Below, in pieces: positions 47,502-57,164 of a DNA stretch of 64,000 bases (positions within the stretch are counted from its first letter, which is position 1; the number at the start of each line of letters is the position of its first letter). The stretch lies in IMG/VR virus record IMGVR_UViG_3300028844_001691, positions 14,997 to 78,996 of that record. The stretch is one strand, 5' to 3'. A program made the position numbers and the translations under genes. Under the pieces are notes generated by a model, which ran no database searches, was not told where the DNA came from, and worked only from the letters and a program-made list of their open reading frames with translations. The stretch comes from a virus.

Positions 47502-48634
47502 TGTGTTACACTGTCTATTGCTTTTCTTAATTTTAATGCTCCGGCTTTCATACCGTCTGGGTGTTCGTGAATTGCTCCACCAACATTTGCCATATAGTCA
47601 ACACCAAAGCGTCTTGTTATTTCTGGAATAAGTTCTGCTGTCATGCCACAACTTAAAGCAGGCACTACATTGTTTCCACTTAACATATGCATTGTGCTTC
47701 GAAGTTCATTTTCATCATCACTTAAATATCCGCCCCACATACCTGTATGGATTGTATCCACTCCACAGATACTTGCTAACTTACATAACACATACCAACT
47801 AATACGATATGCATTCTTTGTACTGCTTATTACTTTGTCGCCTGACTTCTGATAATGTATATACAAAGGTAAGTTTAATTTGTTAATACTCTTATAAGAT
47901 CCGTGCCCACTCCAGAAGTTAACGTGTACTCCATTACCTCCGCCATCTGCAACCATTTTGGCTCTATCTAGCAAGTACAAAGGATCACTATTAATACAAT
48001 AGCAATACACAACGTTTGTTCCTGCTAACACCCGCTGTATGACGTCTATGCGAGTCTTAAGGGGTAAACAAGCCGGGTTTGCCATTATCTCATCTTCTTT
48101 GATAAAGTCAACTCCGCCTTCTACAAATGCAGTAACAATTTCGACTAATGCTTGTTCTGTTAGTCCTGTCTTGGGTTTAACAATACTACCTAGCAATGGC
48201 TTGTTGTAATTGCCTGTAAGTTTTCTAAATCCTGATAATCCGTAACGTGGTGCAACTGCATCACATAATGAAAAATCGATATCTAAATCTAATAGTTCAC
48301 ATCTGTGAATATAATCGATGTCCATTTGTCCACCCATTAACACACAAAGTAATTGTGCTATTCCATCAGTTTCCCAGTCAATAATTCTATAGGGCCAAGC
48401 AATTTTAACTATGCCTGTGTTCTTTCCTATAAAGTCTGCTGGCTTTCCAATAATCTTTGCTGAGTATTGTTCAATCAACTCTGGTGTTTCATATTCATTT
48501 CTTACACTAGGGTTACCTACACTTTGCCCGACTGCTAATCCAAATGCCGCCTTGTTTAAGTCGTTACCTTCTAGTTTGTATGTTACTGTAAAGTATTCCT
48601 TGGGATCTACTTCACTCACGTATATATCAAGCAT
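47498..48634 (-). CDS. RuBisCO-like protein (form IV)
   Basis: GSIVKPKTGL, GGVDFIKEDE, DTIHTG, PALSCG, GGAIHEHPDG; loop-6 Lys absent. Confidence 0.93.
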   Translation of the reverse strand: MLDIYVSEVDPKEYFTVTYKLEGNDLNKAAFGLAVGQSVGNPSVRNEYETPELIEQYSAKIIGKPADFIGKNTGIVKIAWPYRIIDWETDGIAQLLCVLMGGQMDIDYIHRCELLDLDIDFSLCDAVAPRYGLSGFRKLTGNYNKPLLGSIVKPKTGLTEQALVEIVTAFVEGGVDFIKEDEIMANPACLPLKTRIDVIQRVLAGTNVVYCYCINSDPLYLLDRAKMVADGGGNGVHVNFWSGHGSYKSINKLNLPLYIHYQKSGDKVISSTKNAYRISWYVLCKLASICGVDTIHTGMWGGYLSDDENELRSTMHMLSGNNVVPALSCGMTAELIPEITRRFGVDYMANVGGAIHEHPDGMKAGALKLRKAIDSVTQ

Positions 48635-48651
48635 AATGTATTGTACCTTCT

Positions 48652-48981
48652 TTATTCTTTAATGTCAAACATATATTTGTCATCTGTGTCACAAATATCT
48701 CTAACTACTGTTAATTCTACATCGGTTAAGTATTCAACTTGACTAACTTCATATGGGTATAATATAAAAATGTCGCCTTCGCTAAATATTTCTCCGTTAA
48801 TTTTTACTTTTCCTTTTCGCATACAGTTGATCTCTGTACCTTTTTTATGAAAGTGATCCTGATGGAATTCACCTTTTTTGTGTCTGTGAATACCAACTTC
48901 AAAGTTTGCCTTAAAAGCCGTAGGTTCAAAGTTACCTACAAACCATCCACCTTTCATATCATCTAATTTAAATTTCTTCAT
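48652..48981 (-). CDS. cupin-like protein
   Basis: GGWFVGNFEP, HFHK..TE...GDIF. Confidence 0.75.
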   Translation of the reverse strand: MKKFKLDDMKGGWFVGNFEPTAFKANFEVGIHRHKKGEFHQDHFHKKGTEINCMRKGKVKINGEIFSEGDIFILYPYEVSQVEYLTDVELTVVRDICDTDDKYMFDIKE

Positions 48982-49262
48982 TTATGTTCCTCTAACAAGT
49001 TATATTCATATAACTCTTTTGGTGTATTAACTATAAGCATATCAGGATCGTGTACATCCATAAACTTAACTTCGTTAACGTAAACTTTACACATATCAGT
49101 TAGTTCAGGATAGTCTAATATTAATTCATTATCTAATATTACAGTATCAAAGTTTCCTACTTCAAGTGTTCTTTGTAAAACACTTCTGCCATTACAGGCA
49201 ACAACTGCGATTGGGTAATCCCAACCTATCCACTTATCGTTTGATACAGATAGTTTGCCCAT
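48978..49262 (-). CDS. hypothetical protein
   Basis: ORF in operon; start position uncertain. Confidence 0.5.
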   Translation of the reverse strand: MGKLSVSNDKWIGWDYPIAVVACNGRSVLQRTLEVGNFDTVILDNELILDYPELTDMCKVYVNEVKFMDVHDPDMLIVNTPKELYEYNLLEEHK

Positions 49263-49921
49263 CCTTTATGTCCTTCATCTAATGTGTGTCCACCTGTGCC
49301 ACAGGGCCAGCCTTGACTTTTTGTCATGTCAATAAAACTTGGCATAATGTAATTAACATCTTTAAGCCATTCGCTGTCTGGTTCGTCAAGTGCAAACGTT
49401 TGTATTAATTTTACTTTTAAACTTTTTGCAATTTGTTGTAAGTTCCACATACGTTCAAACTGCATTTGTTTTCTACTTTCAGTTCCTAGTGTTGTTGTAT
49501 ACGGTTTGTGCATTTTATTAATTGTATTAACTAACATAGGATCTAAATTCATTTCATCGTTGCCTGGTATATGTCCTGGTATGTTATAACATACATTATG
49601 ATAAGGTATATACTTTGCACCTTGCCAATCCACTGGTAACTCATCACGTTCAAACGTTGTCCAACAAACAACAACAAGCAATTCTGCACCTGGATGTTTA
49701 TTACACCATTCACGCATAAAACGTATTGTGCGTCTTGCTATTCTGCTCCCACTTGTTCCACGCATTGCTTCATTTACAACCGCTGGTATACTTAACTTAT
49801 CTGCAAGTAGTTTGGGCCAACTGTTACGCAATCTGTATGTAGGTGTGTCATCATTATAAGGTAATCCTAATTCATCACCTTCGGTCCAACTATCACCATT
49901 TGCATACAAACATTTAATCAT
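49226..49921 (-). CDS. SGNH/GDSL-like protein
   Basis: YANGDSWT, NEA..G.S, C-terminal GH...GH. Confidence 0.75.
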   Translation of the reverse strand: MIKCLYANGDSWTEGDELGLPYNDDTPTYRLRNSWPKLLADKLSIPAVVNEAMRGTSGSRIARRTIRFMREWCNKHPGAELLVVVCWTTFERDELPVDWQGAKYIPYHNVCYNIPGHIPGNDEMNLDPMLVNTINKMHKPYTTTLGTESRKQMQFERMWNLQQIAKSLKVKLIQTFALDEPDSEWLKDVNYIMPSFIDMTKSQGWPCGTGGHTLDEGHKGWANYLYQTISG

Positions 49922-50640
49922 CCACGCCACCATTTGTTATGATAGTTAGATAAATCTTCTGGAGTACCAACCGGGCTAAAGTTCTTTGCTTCTACCTCAT
50001 ATGGTTTAACAATATTATTTTTAAGTGTGTAATTATACACTGGTGCTAGATAAAATTCGTTATTGTGTCTATCATTGTTTTCAATCATTTGTTCAGCACC
50101 TTCAACAAATAAACTTCCTTTGCTCCAATGGTATAAACCAACAGTAGCCATATTACTAATTGCAACTTTCTCTGCCGCTTCTGTTATGTGCCCGTCGTCA
50201 TTAATCTTAACAAAACTATGTTTATTATGATTATGTGGGTAGGTCATTACCCAACTCACGTGGGGCTCAAGTTTACATTTTTCTAAAAACATTTCGCTAT
50301 CCCAATGTAACACTTGATCACTGTTAATACTAATTAAAGGTTCGTCGTTGTTTATAAATTCTTTTGCTTTTAATAAACTACAAGCGGCACCATCTGTAAG
50401 ATGATCTAGTGCAACAATATTAACATTGTCTGCAAAACTTTCTAAATGTTCTTTAAGCCATGGATAATCAACAAGATGTTCTTGTTGAACTACGAATGTA
50501 TAGTTACCAGCAATACCTAAACTATCAACAGCACTTTGTATCATTGTGGTGCCACCAACTCTTACTAGAGGTTTAGGAACAGTATATCCTGCATCTTTGA
50601 ATCTACTGCCGGCTCCTGCCATTCCAATTATAATATTCAT
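49918..50640 (-). CDS. sugar-phosphate nucleotidyltransferase
   Basis: MAGAGSRF..AGY..PKPL, TDGAA, NSD, AEK, EFY, GTPED. Confidence 0.9.
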   Translation of the reverse strand: MNIIIGMAGAGSRFKDAGYTVPKPLVRVGGTTMIQSAVDSLGIAGNYTFVVQQEHLVDYPWLKEHLESFADNVNIVALDHLTDGAACSLLKAKEFINNDEPLISINSDQVLHWDSEMFLEKCKLEPHVSWVMTYPHNHNKHSFVKINDDGHITEAAEKVAISNMATVGLYHWSKGSLFVEGAEQMIENNDRHNNEFYLAPVYNYTLKNNIVKPYEVEAKNFSPVGTPEDLSNYHNKWWRG

Positions 50641-50647
50641 CGATTTC

Positions 50648-50770
50648 CTACTTATATATGTATGGGTCTTTTTTCTTAATCTCTTTTAATTTTTTTCTGT
50701 AAGCACGTTCAAGTTTAATTCGATAAACTATGTCACCAAACCAACGTTTAATTTTTTTTAGTATATACAT
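50648..50770 (-). CDS. 40-aa basic small protein (not in ORF track)
   Basis: MYILKKIKRWFGDIVYRIKLERAYRKKLKEIKKKDPYIYK fills the intergenic gap. Confidence 0.6.
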   Translation of the reverse strand: MYILKKIKRWFGDIVYRIKLERAYRKKLKEIKKKDPYIYK

Positions 50771-50789
50771 TTTATGAGTTCCATATTGT

Positions 50790-51509
50790 TTACTGTTGCA
50801 AGTGAGCAACAATAGTTTTTGCTAATTTTTTATGTCCTAATTCATTAGGGTGTCTTCCGGGAGCCCTTACGTCTTCAAGGTGTTCGTATTCCATTAATTG
50901 TCTATTGAAACTAATGGGATATGGGGATATTGCATCTAACCATTTTTCATTTGCTTCGGGTCTACCTAGTACAAATTCTGGATTGTCTAAAGCATATGTT
51001 TGTAATAATCTAACTCCTAAATTATCACAGGCTTGCTTCAACAACCATTGTAAGTTAAAGAACTTATAACTATTTACCTTACTACTGTTCAGCATAGTAC
51101 GATTCATGTGATAATCTAACATTAATTTATCAGTTACATTTGGTTTAGAATTCATAAGCATACTTGTATATTCAATATCTAATGATTCCCAATCGGTATA
51201 TCCGTTATTGTGTTCTCTTTTAACTGCAACTGGAAGTTCAAATCTTTCATATGTAGTCCATGCAACAATTACTAAAAGTTCCTCTGGGTTACCTTTATAG
51301 TTTCTAATATAGTCTATAGTCTTTCGAAATATTCTATCATTACTTCCGCCACCTTGTGCTTCGTTAACTAGTTGTGGTATTTTTAATTCTTGTGCAACGT
51401 GCCAGGGCCAAGTATTATAAAACTTGTATGTAAGATGATCTGTATTATCATCTTTTAACTCTTGTCCAAAAGTCCAACTATCACCGTTTGCATATAAAGT
51501 TTTAATCAT
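50790..51509 (-). CDS. SGNH/GDSL-like protein
   Basis: YANGDSWTFG, GGSNDRIFR, HPNELGH. Confidence 0.8.
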   Translation of the reverse strand: MIKTLYANGDSWTFGQELKDDNTDHLTYKFYNTWPWHVAQELKIPQLVNEAQGGGSNDRIFRKTIDYIRNYKGNPEELLVIVAWTTYERFELPVAVKREHNNGYTDWESLDIEYTSMLMNSKPNVTDKLMLDYHMNRTMLNSSKVNSYKFFNLQWLLKQACDNLGVRLLQTYALDNPEFVLGRPEANEKWLDAISPYPISFNRQLMEYEHLEDVRAPGRHPNELGHKKLAKTIVAHLQQ

Positions 51510-52269
51510 CTAATAACCTCTTACACATTTTTGCTATATTATTTTGAAACTCGGGTCCACTATGCATATGATCTCTAGCAAGTAAAGTTAAGTCATTTTT
51601 TATATCAGAATAATGTAATGGAAATTCTAAATTTTGTAAATGGTCAAAAGGGCACCAAGTTATATTTAAAACAGGAACACCTAAAGACTGCCATACATTA
51701 TTAAAACCTAAGTACCAAGCAATATTATTCATATGTATTTCACCATCTGATGTTATATAATACTTCCACCAATCATCTTCTTTGCCGTTAGAAACATCTA
51801 AACTAATTTTATCGTTATTATAAGTTCCCCAACTTTTTCTATTTGCTTCGGGCCATTGTACTATAACTTGTTTTGGTAATGGTAGTTTATGCTGTTTCCA
51901 TAATAAACTATTATAGTAAATTACATCTAACCCTGTTCCGGATTTGCCTGCATTATAATAATCCATCTTTAGTAGTTTAGCAAGTTTATAAGGCCACGTT
52001 TGGTAGTCATGTAAGCCTGTACCTTCTGTGAAACTACATCCAAACGTTAATATAAAATCTTTATCTAATTGATCAACTTCTTTTGATCTATAACCAAAAC
52101 TATTGAATTCATATTTAATACTAACTTCGGACCAACGCCAATTTTGTAATTTTTTTAAATTATTACTGTAAAACTCTTTACTATCACTACTGTACCATTC
52201 TAAGGATTTACTAGCAACACTAGTATCTAACATTTGTGGATAACTAGGGTGATAACTTAATGAGGCCAT
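51502..52269 (-). CDS. SGNH/GDSL-like protein
   Basis: FNSFGYRS, FGCSFTEG, ARDHMHSG (DxxH). Confidence 0.75.
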   Translation of the reverse strand: MASLSYHPSYPQMLDTSVASKSLEWYSSDSKEFYSNNLKKLQNWRWSEVSIKYEFNSFGYRSKEVDQLDKDFILTFGCSFTEGTGLHDYQTWPYKLAKLLKMDYYNAGKSGTGLDVIYYNSLLWKQHKLPLPKQVIVQWPEANRKSWGTYNNDKISLDVSNGKEDDWWKYYITSDGEIHMNNIAWYLGFNNVWQSLGVPVLNITWCPFDHLQNLEFPLHYSDIKNDLTLLARDHMHSGPEFQNNIAKMCKRLLDD

Positions 52270-53045
52270 TGTGCATCTACTTTAGGTTTAATAATTTCAA
52301 ACACTTGCCTATGTCCTTCGTAGTCACAATGTCCTGTGTTCCTTTTGTCAGGATACTCTCTACTAAAATAACCCCAATCAACATTTGCATAATTTACTTC
52401 AGGTAGCAGTCTTTCAAAGTCTGGCTGGTGTCCCATAAAAACGTGTGGTATATTATTTGTTTTCATTAGCAAGTGTGCTGATGTTAAAATACCAATGTCA
52501 TACTCATTTTTAATATCAAATGAGAAAAAGTCTGCTACCCAATTCTGTAATACTCTTAAACGTGCATCTGGCTCGTGTCTTTCAAACTGTGCCCAATGTG
52601 CCTTAACATCTCTATCAAAGAAACTATCTAAATTTTGTAGTGTTTCACTTTGCATACTATTATCAGTTGTAACTGGAATAGGTCTTCGAAACTCTGCTGG
52701 TGTGTATTTGTCATACGGCGGATAGTCTTCATAATTTAAATGTTCAATTGTTGGTTCTGTTCCCATAGGTTTATCTTGTCCAGGTTTAAACCAAACAGTT
52801 CTTGCCGCATTTGTCATACTAATAATAACGAAAGGTTTGTAATTACCTACTGTCATTCTTTCAACTGCGTGTTTTACTTGCAACCAAATAGTGAAGTTAC
52901 AACATCCACTTCTACCAATTACTTTTTGTTCTACACCTTTGTATTCGGCAGTAAGTCCACCAAAACTTTTCTCAAAACAATCATGGTCAGGTAATCCACT
53001 ACCATTACTAAAACTATCACCGCACGTTATAATTAAATTTCGCAT
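52257..53045 (-). CDS. SGNH/GDSL-like protein
   Basis: CGDSFS, GCCN, GHCDYEGH. Confidence 0.75.
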   Translation of the reverse strand: MRNLIITCGDSFSNGSGLPDHDCFEKSFGGLTAEYKGVEQKVIGRSGCCNFTIWLQVKHAVERMTVGNYKPFVIISMTNAARTVWFKPGQDKPMGTEPTIEHLNYEDYPPYDKYTPAEFRRPIPVTTDNSMQSETLQNLDSFFDRDVKAHWAQFERHEPDARLRVLQNWVADFFSFDIKNEYDIGILTSAHLLMKTNNIPHVFMGHQPDFERLLPEVNYANVDWGYFSREYPDKRNTGHCDYEGHRQVFEIIKPKVDAQWPH

Positions 53046-53905
53046 ATGTTATTCTCTCTAATATATCTATTAAGTTCTCTTGCCCAAAGCATATGTCCAT
53101 ATTTGTTTGGGTGCATACCTGATATAACTTTTGTATTATACTCAGTTTCATCTTGACTTGTAATATATCCATGAAAACTATGTGGTGCTTCTGTTTTACC
53201 GTAGAATCTTTTGCTGTCTACTTGTTCCCATAACCAACCATCGTTTTGTCCGTTATAATGAAAGTTCCAACGTGGGTCAGCATTGCCTACAGTCATCTTT
53301 TCTGTTTCACTATTAACATAATTCTTATCTTGCCATTGTGCTATTTGTGTTTCATCTACATTATAAAATGCTTGAAAGAACAAGTAGTTAATCTTATGTA
53401 CTTTAAAAAAGTTTTCTAATTGTAGTACTTGTTGTACATATCGATTAACATACTCTTCTTTATTCCATAAGTACATTCTGTAGTTATCAAAGAAGGGTTG
53501 CATACCTCTTTGCATATACGGATGGTTAGTTTGATTGGGCCATATAGTAGTCCAGCCAGAGCCGTTACGTTCGTCTACAGGATCCTTATAGTAAAAGTCC
53601 TTACGTTCAGGACTAGTTAAGCCAACTATGACAAACAAATTGTTTTCACAGTCTATATCAGGCTTAATATAATTTTCAGTAATCCAACTTAATGTTGTTC
53701 TTACAATTCTATCATTACTTGCGGCAGGATAAGATATGTTTGTTAAGTCATCTGCTTTAATCATATCCTTTAACATAGTGGGCCAAATTTTAGGAATGCG
53801 ATATGCATTGTTCTCTGGATCCCAATCACTTACAGTGTCTGGTAAAGCAGGATCTCTAATCTCACTGCCAAATGTCCAACTATCTCCTGTTGTTAATAAG
53901 TGCAT
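53033..53905 (-). CDS. SGNH/GDSL-like protein
   Basis: TGDSWTFG, ASNDRIVR, HPNKYGH. Confidence 0.8.
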   Translation of the reverse strand: MHLLTTGDSWTFGSEIRDPALPDTVSDWDPENNAYRIPKIWPTMLKDMIKADDLTNISYPAASNDRIVRTTLSWITENYIKPDIDCENNLFVIVGLTSPERKDFYYKDPVDERNGSGWTTIWPNQTNHPYMQRGMQPFFDNYRMYLWNKEEYVNRYVQQVLQLENFFKVHKINYLFFQAFYNVDETQIAQWQDKNYVNSETEKMTVGNADPRWNFHYNGQNDGWLWEQVDSKRFYGKTEAPHSFHGYITSQDETEYNTKVISGMHPNKYGHMLWARELNRYIRENNICEI

Positions 53906-54654
53906 TAATAAGCCGCCTTTATCTCTTCAAATTGTGTACTTGGATCTAAATCTTCTACACTAGTTCTCCAAAGTGTTTCCATTAATTGTGGAACAATTTG
54001 TATCATTTTAATATTTCTTTTTTGTGCTTGTTGATATATTAATGTTCCAGGACTTAACATACTATCTCCTGGATCTGTAGTATAACCACCTTGTAGTTTT
54101 AATGCTAATGGATAAGTTTCCCAATTATAATAACGATATGAATCACAAGCAATATCCATACTAGGACTATCACCCCAGAATATAATATCACTTAATCCGT
54201 GTTTACCAAAGTCGTTTGGTACTAAACCTCTGTTACCAATACTATAGTATATACTTCTTTCTTCAATAGGTCTCGGACCAAATGTTTTTCCATCTGGTGT
54301 TAGCATATCATATCTGCATTTAATTACTTTATCATATCTAAAATTATTCTTTACTTCAACTTCACGTTTCATAAAGTTTGATTTTTGTATACTGTAAAGC
54401 ATATTACCAAACGGGCCTGCATGATTAATTGAAGTTTGATAATCTAGTTTAATTAAATTATGTACACTATCATTAATAGTTTCTTCTAATATTTTGTAGT
54501 CATCTAATTTATGTAACTTGTCACCTGAGGTTGTCCAAGTATGACAATAAATGTCTGCTGGTGTATCTCTAAAGTAATCCATTAAACGTGGCATAGCAAC
54601 TTTAAAAGTTCTAAGTTCACCACTAAAACATATTGCAGTATTAGAGTGTTTCAT
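53905..54654 (-). CDS. putative glycosyltransferase (AxCxSGxxR family)
   Basis: AICFSGELR, HTW, YD.VI..RYD. Confidence 0.55.
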   Translation of the reverse strand: MKHSNTAICFSGELRTFKVAMPRLMDYFRDTPADIYCHTWTTSGDKLHKLDDYKILEETINDSVHNLIKLDYQTSINHAGPFGNMLYSIQKSNFMKREVEVKNNFRYDKVIKCRYDMLTPDGKTFGPRPIEERSIYYSIGNRGLVPNDFGKHGLSDIIFWGDSPSMDIACDSYRYYNWETYPLALKLQGGYTTDPGDSMLSPGTLIYQQAQKRNIKMIQIVPQLMETLWRTSVEDLDPSTQFEEIKAAY

Positions 54655-55378
54655 AATCGCCTCCTCCTGTCATATGTTCTTGTTTAGGTCTTACTAGTTT
54701 AATTGGGGGATATATTTGTTCTAAGTTTAAGTTACATTCTTTTAAGTAATACATAAAAACGTGTTCAGGTCCATAATGTAATTTCTCTGGCATTTCAAAA
54801 AACTCTATTGGGTGTCTATGAAAGTGACTATAAAAATCACAAGCAATATCATAAACATCTGTTGGTCCTTGCCAATACAAATCTCCACAACGACTTCTGT
54901 GATTGCCTTCTTCAAATCCTAAATGTATAACTTGTAACGTATCTTTCTTAGGTTCAGGTACTTGCCAATCTTCGTCAAACATAGTGTCCCAACGTAATCT
55001 AACAACTAAATCAAAGTTACTATTGTTCTCTATTTCAAATTTCTTTTTTAAATGTGATGCTACCATTACACCATAAAACTGACTTTGGTAATTAACATCA
55101 TGTAATGCTTGGTCTAAACCTGGTGTGAATTCAATTTGTTTTTGTGATACTATTTCTAGTCCAGGTAATTCTCTACGAAGTTCTTGTATCTCAGTATTAG
55201 GAACTTCTTCTATGTCATCGATACCTTTAGTTACTTTAACAAAGTTTGGTGCACTACGAGTATTCCATGTATGTCCAAAGTAATGTACTTCGTGTTCTTT
55301 AAATATATCTTTCCAAGTTGGTAAACATTTACGCCAACTCTGTCTTAATTGTCCACTTAAACAAATTGCTATTTTCAT
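54641..55378 (-). CDS. putative glycosyltransferase (AxCxSGxxR family), paralog of 53905-54654
   Basis: AICLSGQLR, HTW, FDLVVRLRWD. Confidence 0.55.
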   Translation of the reverse strand: MKIAICLSGQLRQSWRKCLPTWKDIFKEHEVHYFGHTWNTRSAPNFVKVTKGIDDIEEVPNTEIQELRRELPGLEIVSQKQIEFTPGLDQALHDVNYQSQFYGVMVASHLKKKFEIENNSNFDLVVRLRWDTMFDEDWQVPEPKKDTLQVIHLGFEEGNHRSRCGDLYWQGPTDVYDIACDFYSHFHRHPIEFFEMPEKLHYGPEHVFMYYLKECNLNLEQIYPPIKLVRPKQEHMTGGGDYETL

Positions 55379-55390
55379 AATGTTATCCTT

Positions 55391-55633
55391 TTAAAACCAG
55401 TTCCAAACTCCACGTATTGCTAAACACAGATACATAAGTTCCATTAGTGCTCTGGGTATATCTTTATCTTTGTAACCCATGTATACCCAAATACTACAAC
55501 TGAATAATGCAACTGTCCACCCTAGCCATTGTAGTTCTTCGTTACCACTTGATAATATAAATGCACTTATCATTGCTAGGATAAAACCTAGCCACCTAAA
55601 TCCATCCAGTTTTTCGTAAAAGCGAATTTTCAT
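55391..55633 (-). CDS. small membrane protein
   Basis: Three hydrophobic helices. Confidence 0.7.
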   Translation of the reverse strand: MKIRFYEKLDGFRWLGFILAMISAFILSSGNEELQWLGWTVALFSCSIWVYMGYKDKDIPRALMELMYLCLAIRGVWNWF

Positions 55634-56051
55634 AATTGCTTACCCAATCAGAGCAAATACCAAAGCAACCCTCAGGGACGGTATCTTTCTCATTTTGCAA
55701 ACATATAACACTTTTAGATGTTACTTGTTTGTAAGGGTATGTCCAAATATACCCTTTACTTGTTAATGTTCTTTCATCTTGTTCATGCCAAAAGCAATGT
55801 ATGTAATTAAATAACATAAATTCTAATGCTTCTAAATTTTTTGCATGATTCCAAAATGCATTGTTGCTTATAAAATTTTGTGTAACAGGGTATGTAGGTT
55901 TATCGTGTCCTAGCCATAACCGTTCATTAACAAACCACACATCGACTTCGCAGTCAAAACCTTTGTCAACTGCGTTAAGTAAATACTCAGGATCATTTTC
56001 CCTCTCAGGTTTAGGACCTGCTGTATTTCCTCTATGTGCGATTAGTTTCAT
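55596..56051 (-). CDS. glycerophosphodiester phosphodiesterase-like (PLC-like) protein, minimal
   Basis: IAHRGN, EN, EVDV, LGHD, GICSD. Confidence 0.8.
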   Translation of the reverse strand: MKLIAHRGNTAGPKPERENDPEYLLNAVDKGFDCEVDVWFVNERLWLGHDKPTYPVTQNFISNNAFWNHAKNLEALEFMLFNYIHCFWHEQDERTLTSKGYIWTYPYKQVTSKSVICLQNEKDTVPEGCFGICSDWVSNYENSLLRKTGWI

Positions 56052-56229
56052 CTTCTTTTCTTATACTCCAAGTTTTATTGTCAAGTTCTTCCCAAATAAG
56101 ATTATCACCTACGTCCCATCCTACTTGATCTAAACACCCAGGAGGAAATTCTAAAAACAGTTCTTTTGTTTTGCCATTCTCTTGTATTTCTACTGTCCAA
56201 CTGTTTGTTCCTGTTTGTTTATATTTCAT
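56032..56229 (-). CDS. AbrB/MazE-like DNA-binding protein
   Basis: LEFP...LDQVGWDVGDNLIW swapped-hairpin pattern. Confidence 0.7.
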   Translation of the reverse strand: MKYKQTGTNSWTVEIQENGKTKELFLEFPPGCLDQVGWDVGDNLIWEELDNKTWSIRKEDETNRT

Positions 56230-57164
56230 TATTTCTTCCTATCTGCTTCTTGCTCTGTAATCATTACACCATAACGTTTTGGATTTTGGTATACACTTTT
56301 AAACCATATACTACCTTGTGCATCTAAATCTGCAACTCTGTAATGAAGTTCATCTCTTAATCTATCACCATAGTGTTGCAATTTTTTCAAACGATCTTTA
56401 GGATTTGAATATACTTTTGTTTTCTCTCGTACAAAAGGTTGCATAAAACTATAGTCGGCAATTTGTGTATGATCCCATCCATCTAGATTTATTTTCGCAA
56501 CTGCTTCTCTGGCTCCTAATATTGCCCAATCACCATTTGGAACATCCATACCAACACTACACCAAATACTAAGGCGTTGCATATTTTTAATATGATTCTG
56601 TGTTAAGAATTTATTTTTAGGAGGAAGTATACCTTTATCTAAACTCATTTTAACACCTTCTCTAAAGCCGCCTCTGTATGCTTGTTCTGGTGTTGCGTTA
56701 ATAACGACATCACTAAATGTATCTGCCATTTGGAAGTATGTGTGCATCCAACAAAAGTCTACACTATGAGCACCATCTTCACTTTGGTCATTCTCATGAC
56801 TATTCATATTCTCAATAACGTGTTTGGGCCATAGTTTAAGTCCGCCATTACCGTATGCTAAACTATTAACAATGTTATGTCCACACCAACTAAAGATATA
56901 ATCGCCTTGTTCTTCTTCGTCAATCTCAATAGTTTGTTTAAAAAAATCTTTATGTACAACATTGTCTCCGTCTACTGTAACTAATCTTCTTTTAGTTGCA
57001 ATCCTGCCTGCTTCATTGTGTGCCGCGTCGAACCCAGTAAAGCCGTCGACACGTTTAGCCCATGGACACTTGCTTAACAAGTCTGCCCAATTCTTTTCTT
57101 TGTTTGGTTCATCGTAACTAATGTAAACTACATCAAAGTCACTAATTGGATAAGTCTGTTTCAT
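56229..57164 (-). CDS. putative glycosyltransferase (GT-A-like; paralog of 37423-38085)
   Basis: SYDEPN, AAH, VDGD (DxD), YGNGGLKLWP, GFREGVK. Confidence 0.6.
   Translation of the reverse strand: MKQTYPISDFDVVYISYDEPNKEKNWADLLSKCPWAKRVDGFTGFDAAHNEAGRIATKRRLVTVDGDNVVHKDFFKQTIEIDEEEQGDYIFSWCGHNIVNSLAYGNGGLKLWPKHVIENMNSHENDQSEDGAHSVDFCWMHTYFQMADTFSDVVINATPEQAYRGGFREGVKMSLDKGILPPKNKFLTQNHIKNMQRLSIWCSVGMDVPNGDWAILGAREAVAKINLDGWDHTQIADYSFMQPFVREKTKVYSNPKDRLKKLQHYGDRLRDELHYRVADLDAQGSIWFKSVYQNPKRYGVMITEQEADRKK

Noticed and set aside
47498-48634. CO2-fixing RuBisCO as an auxiliary metabolic gene
   Set aside because: Loop-6 Lys and His294 equivalents are missing, and there is no small subunit or phosphoribulokinase in the window.
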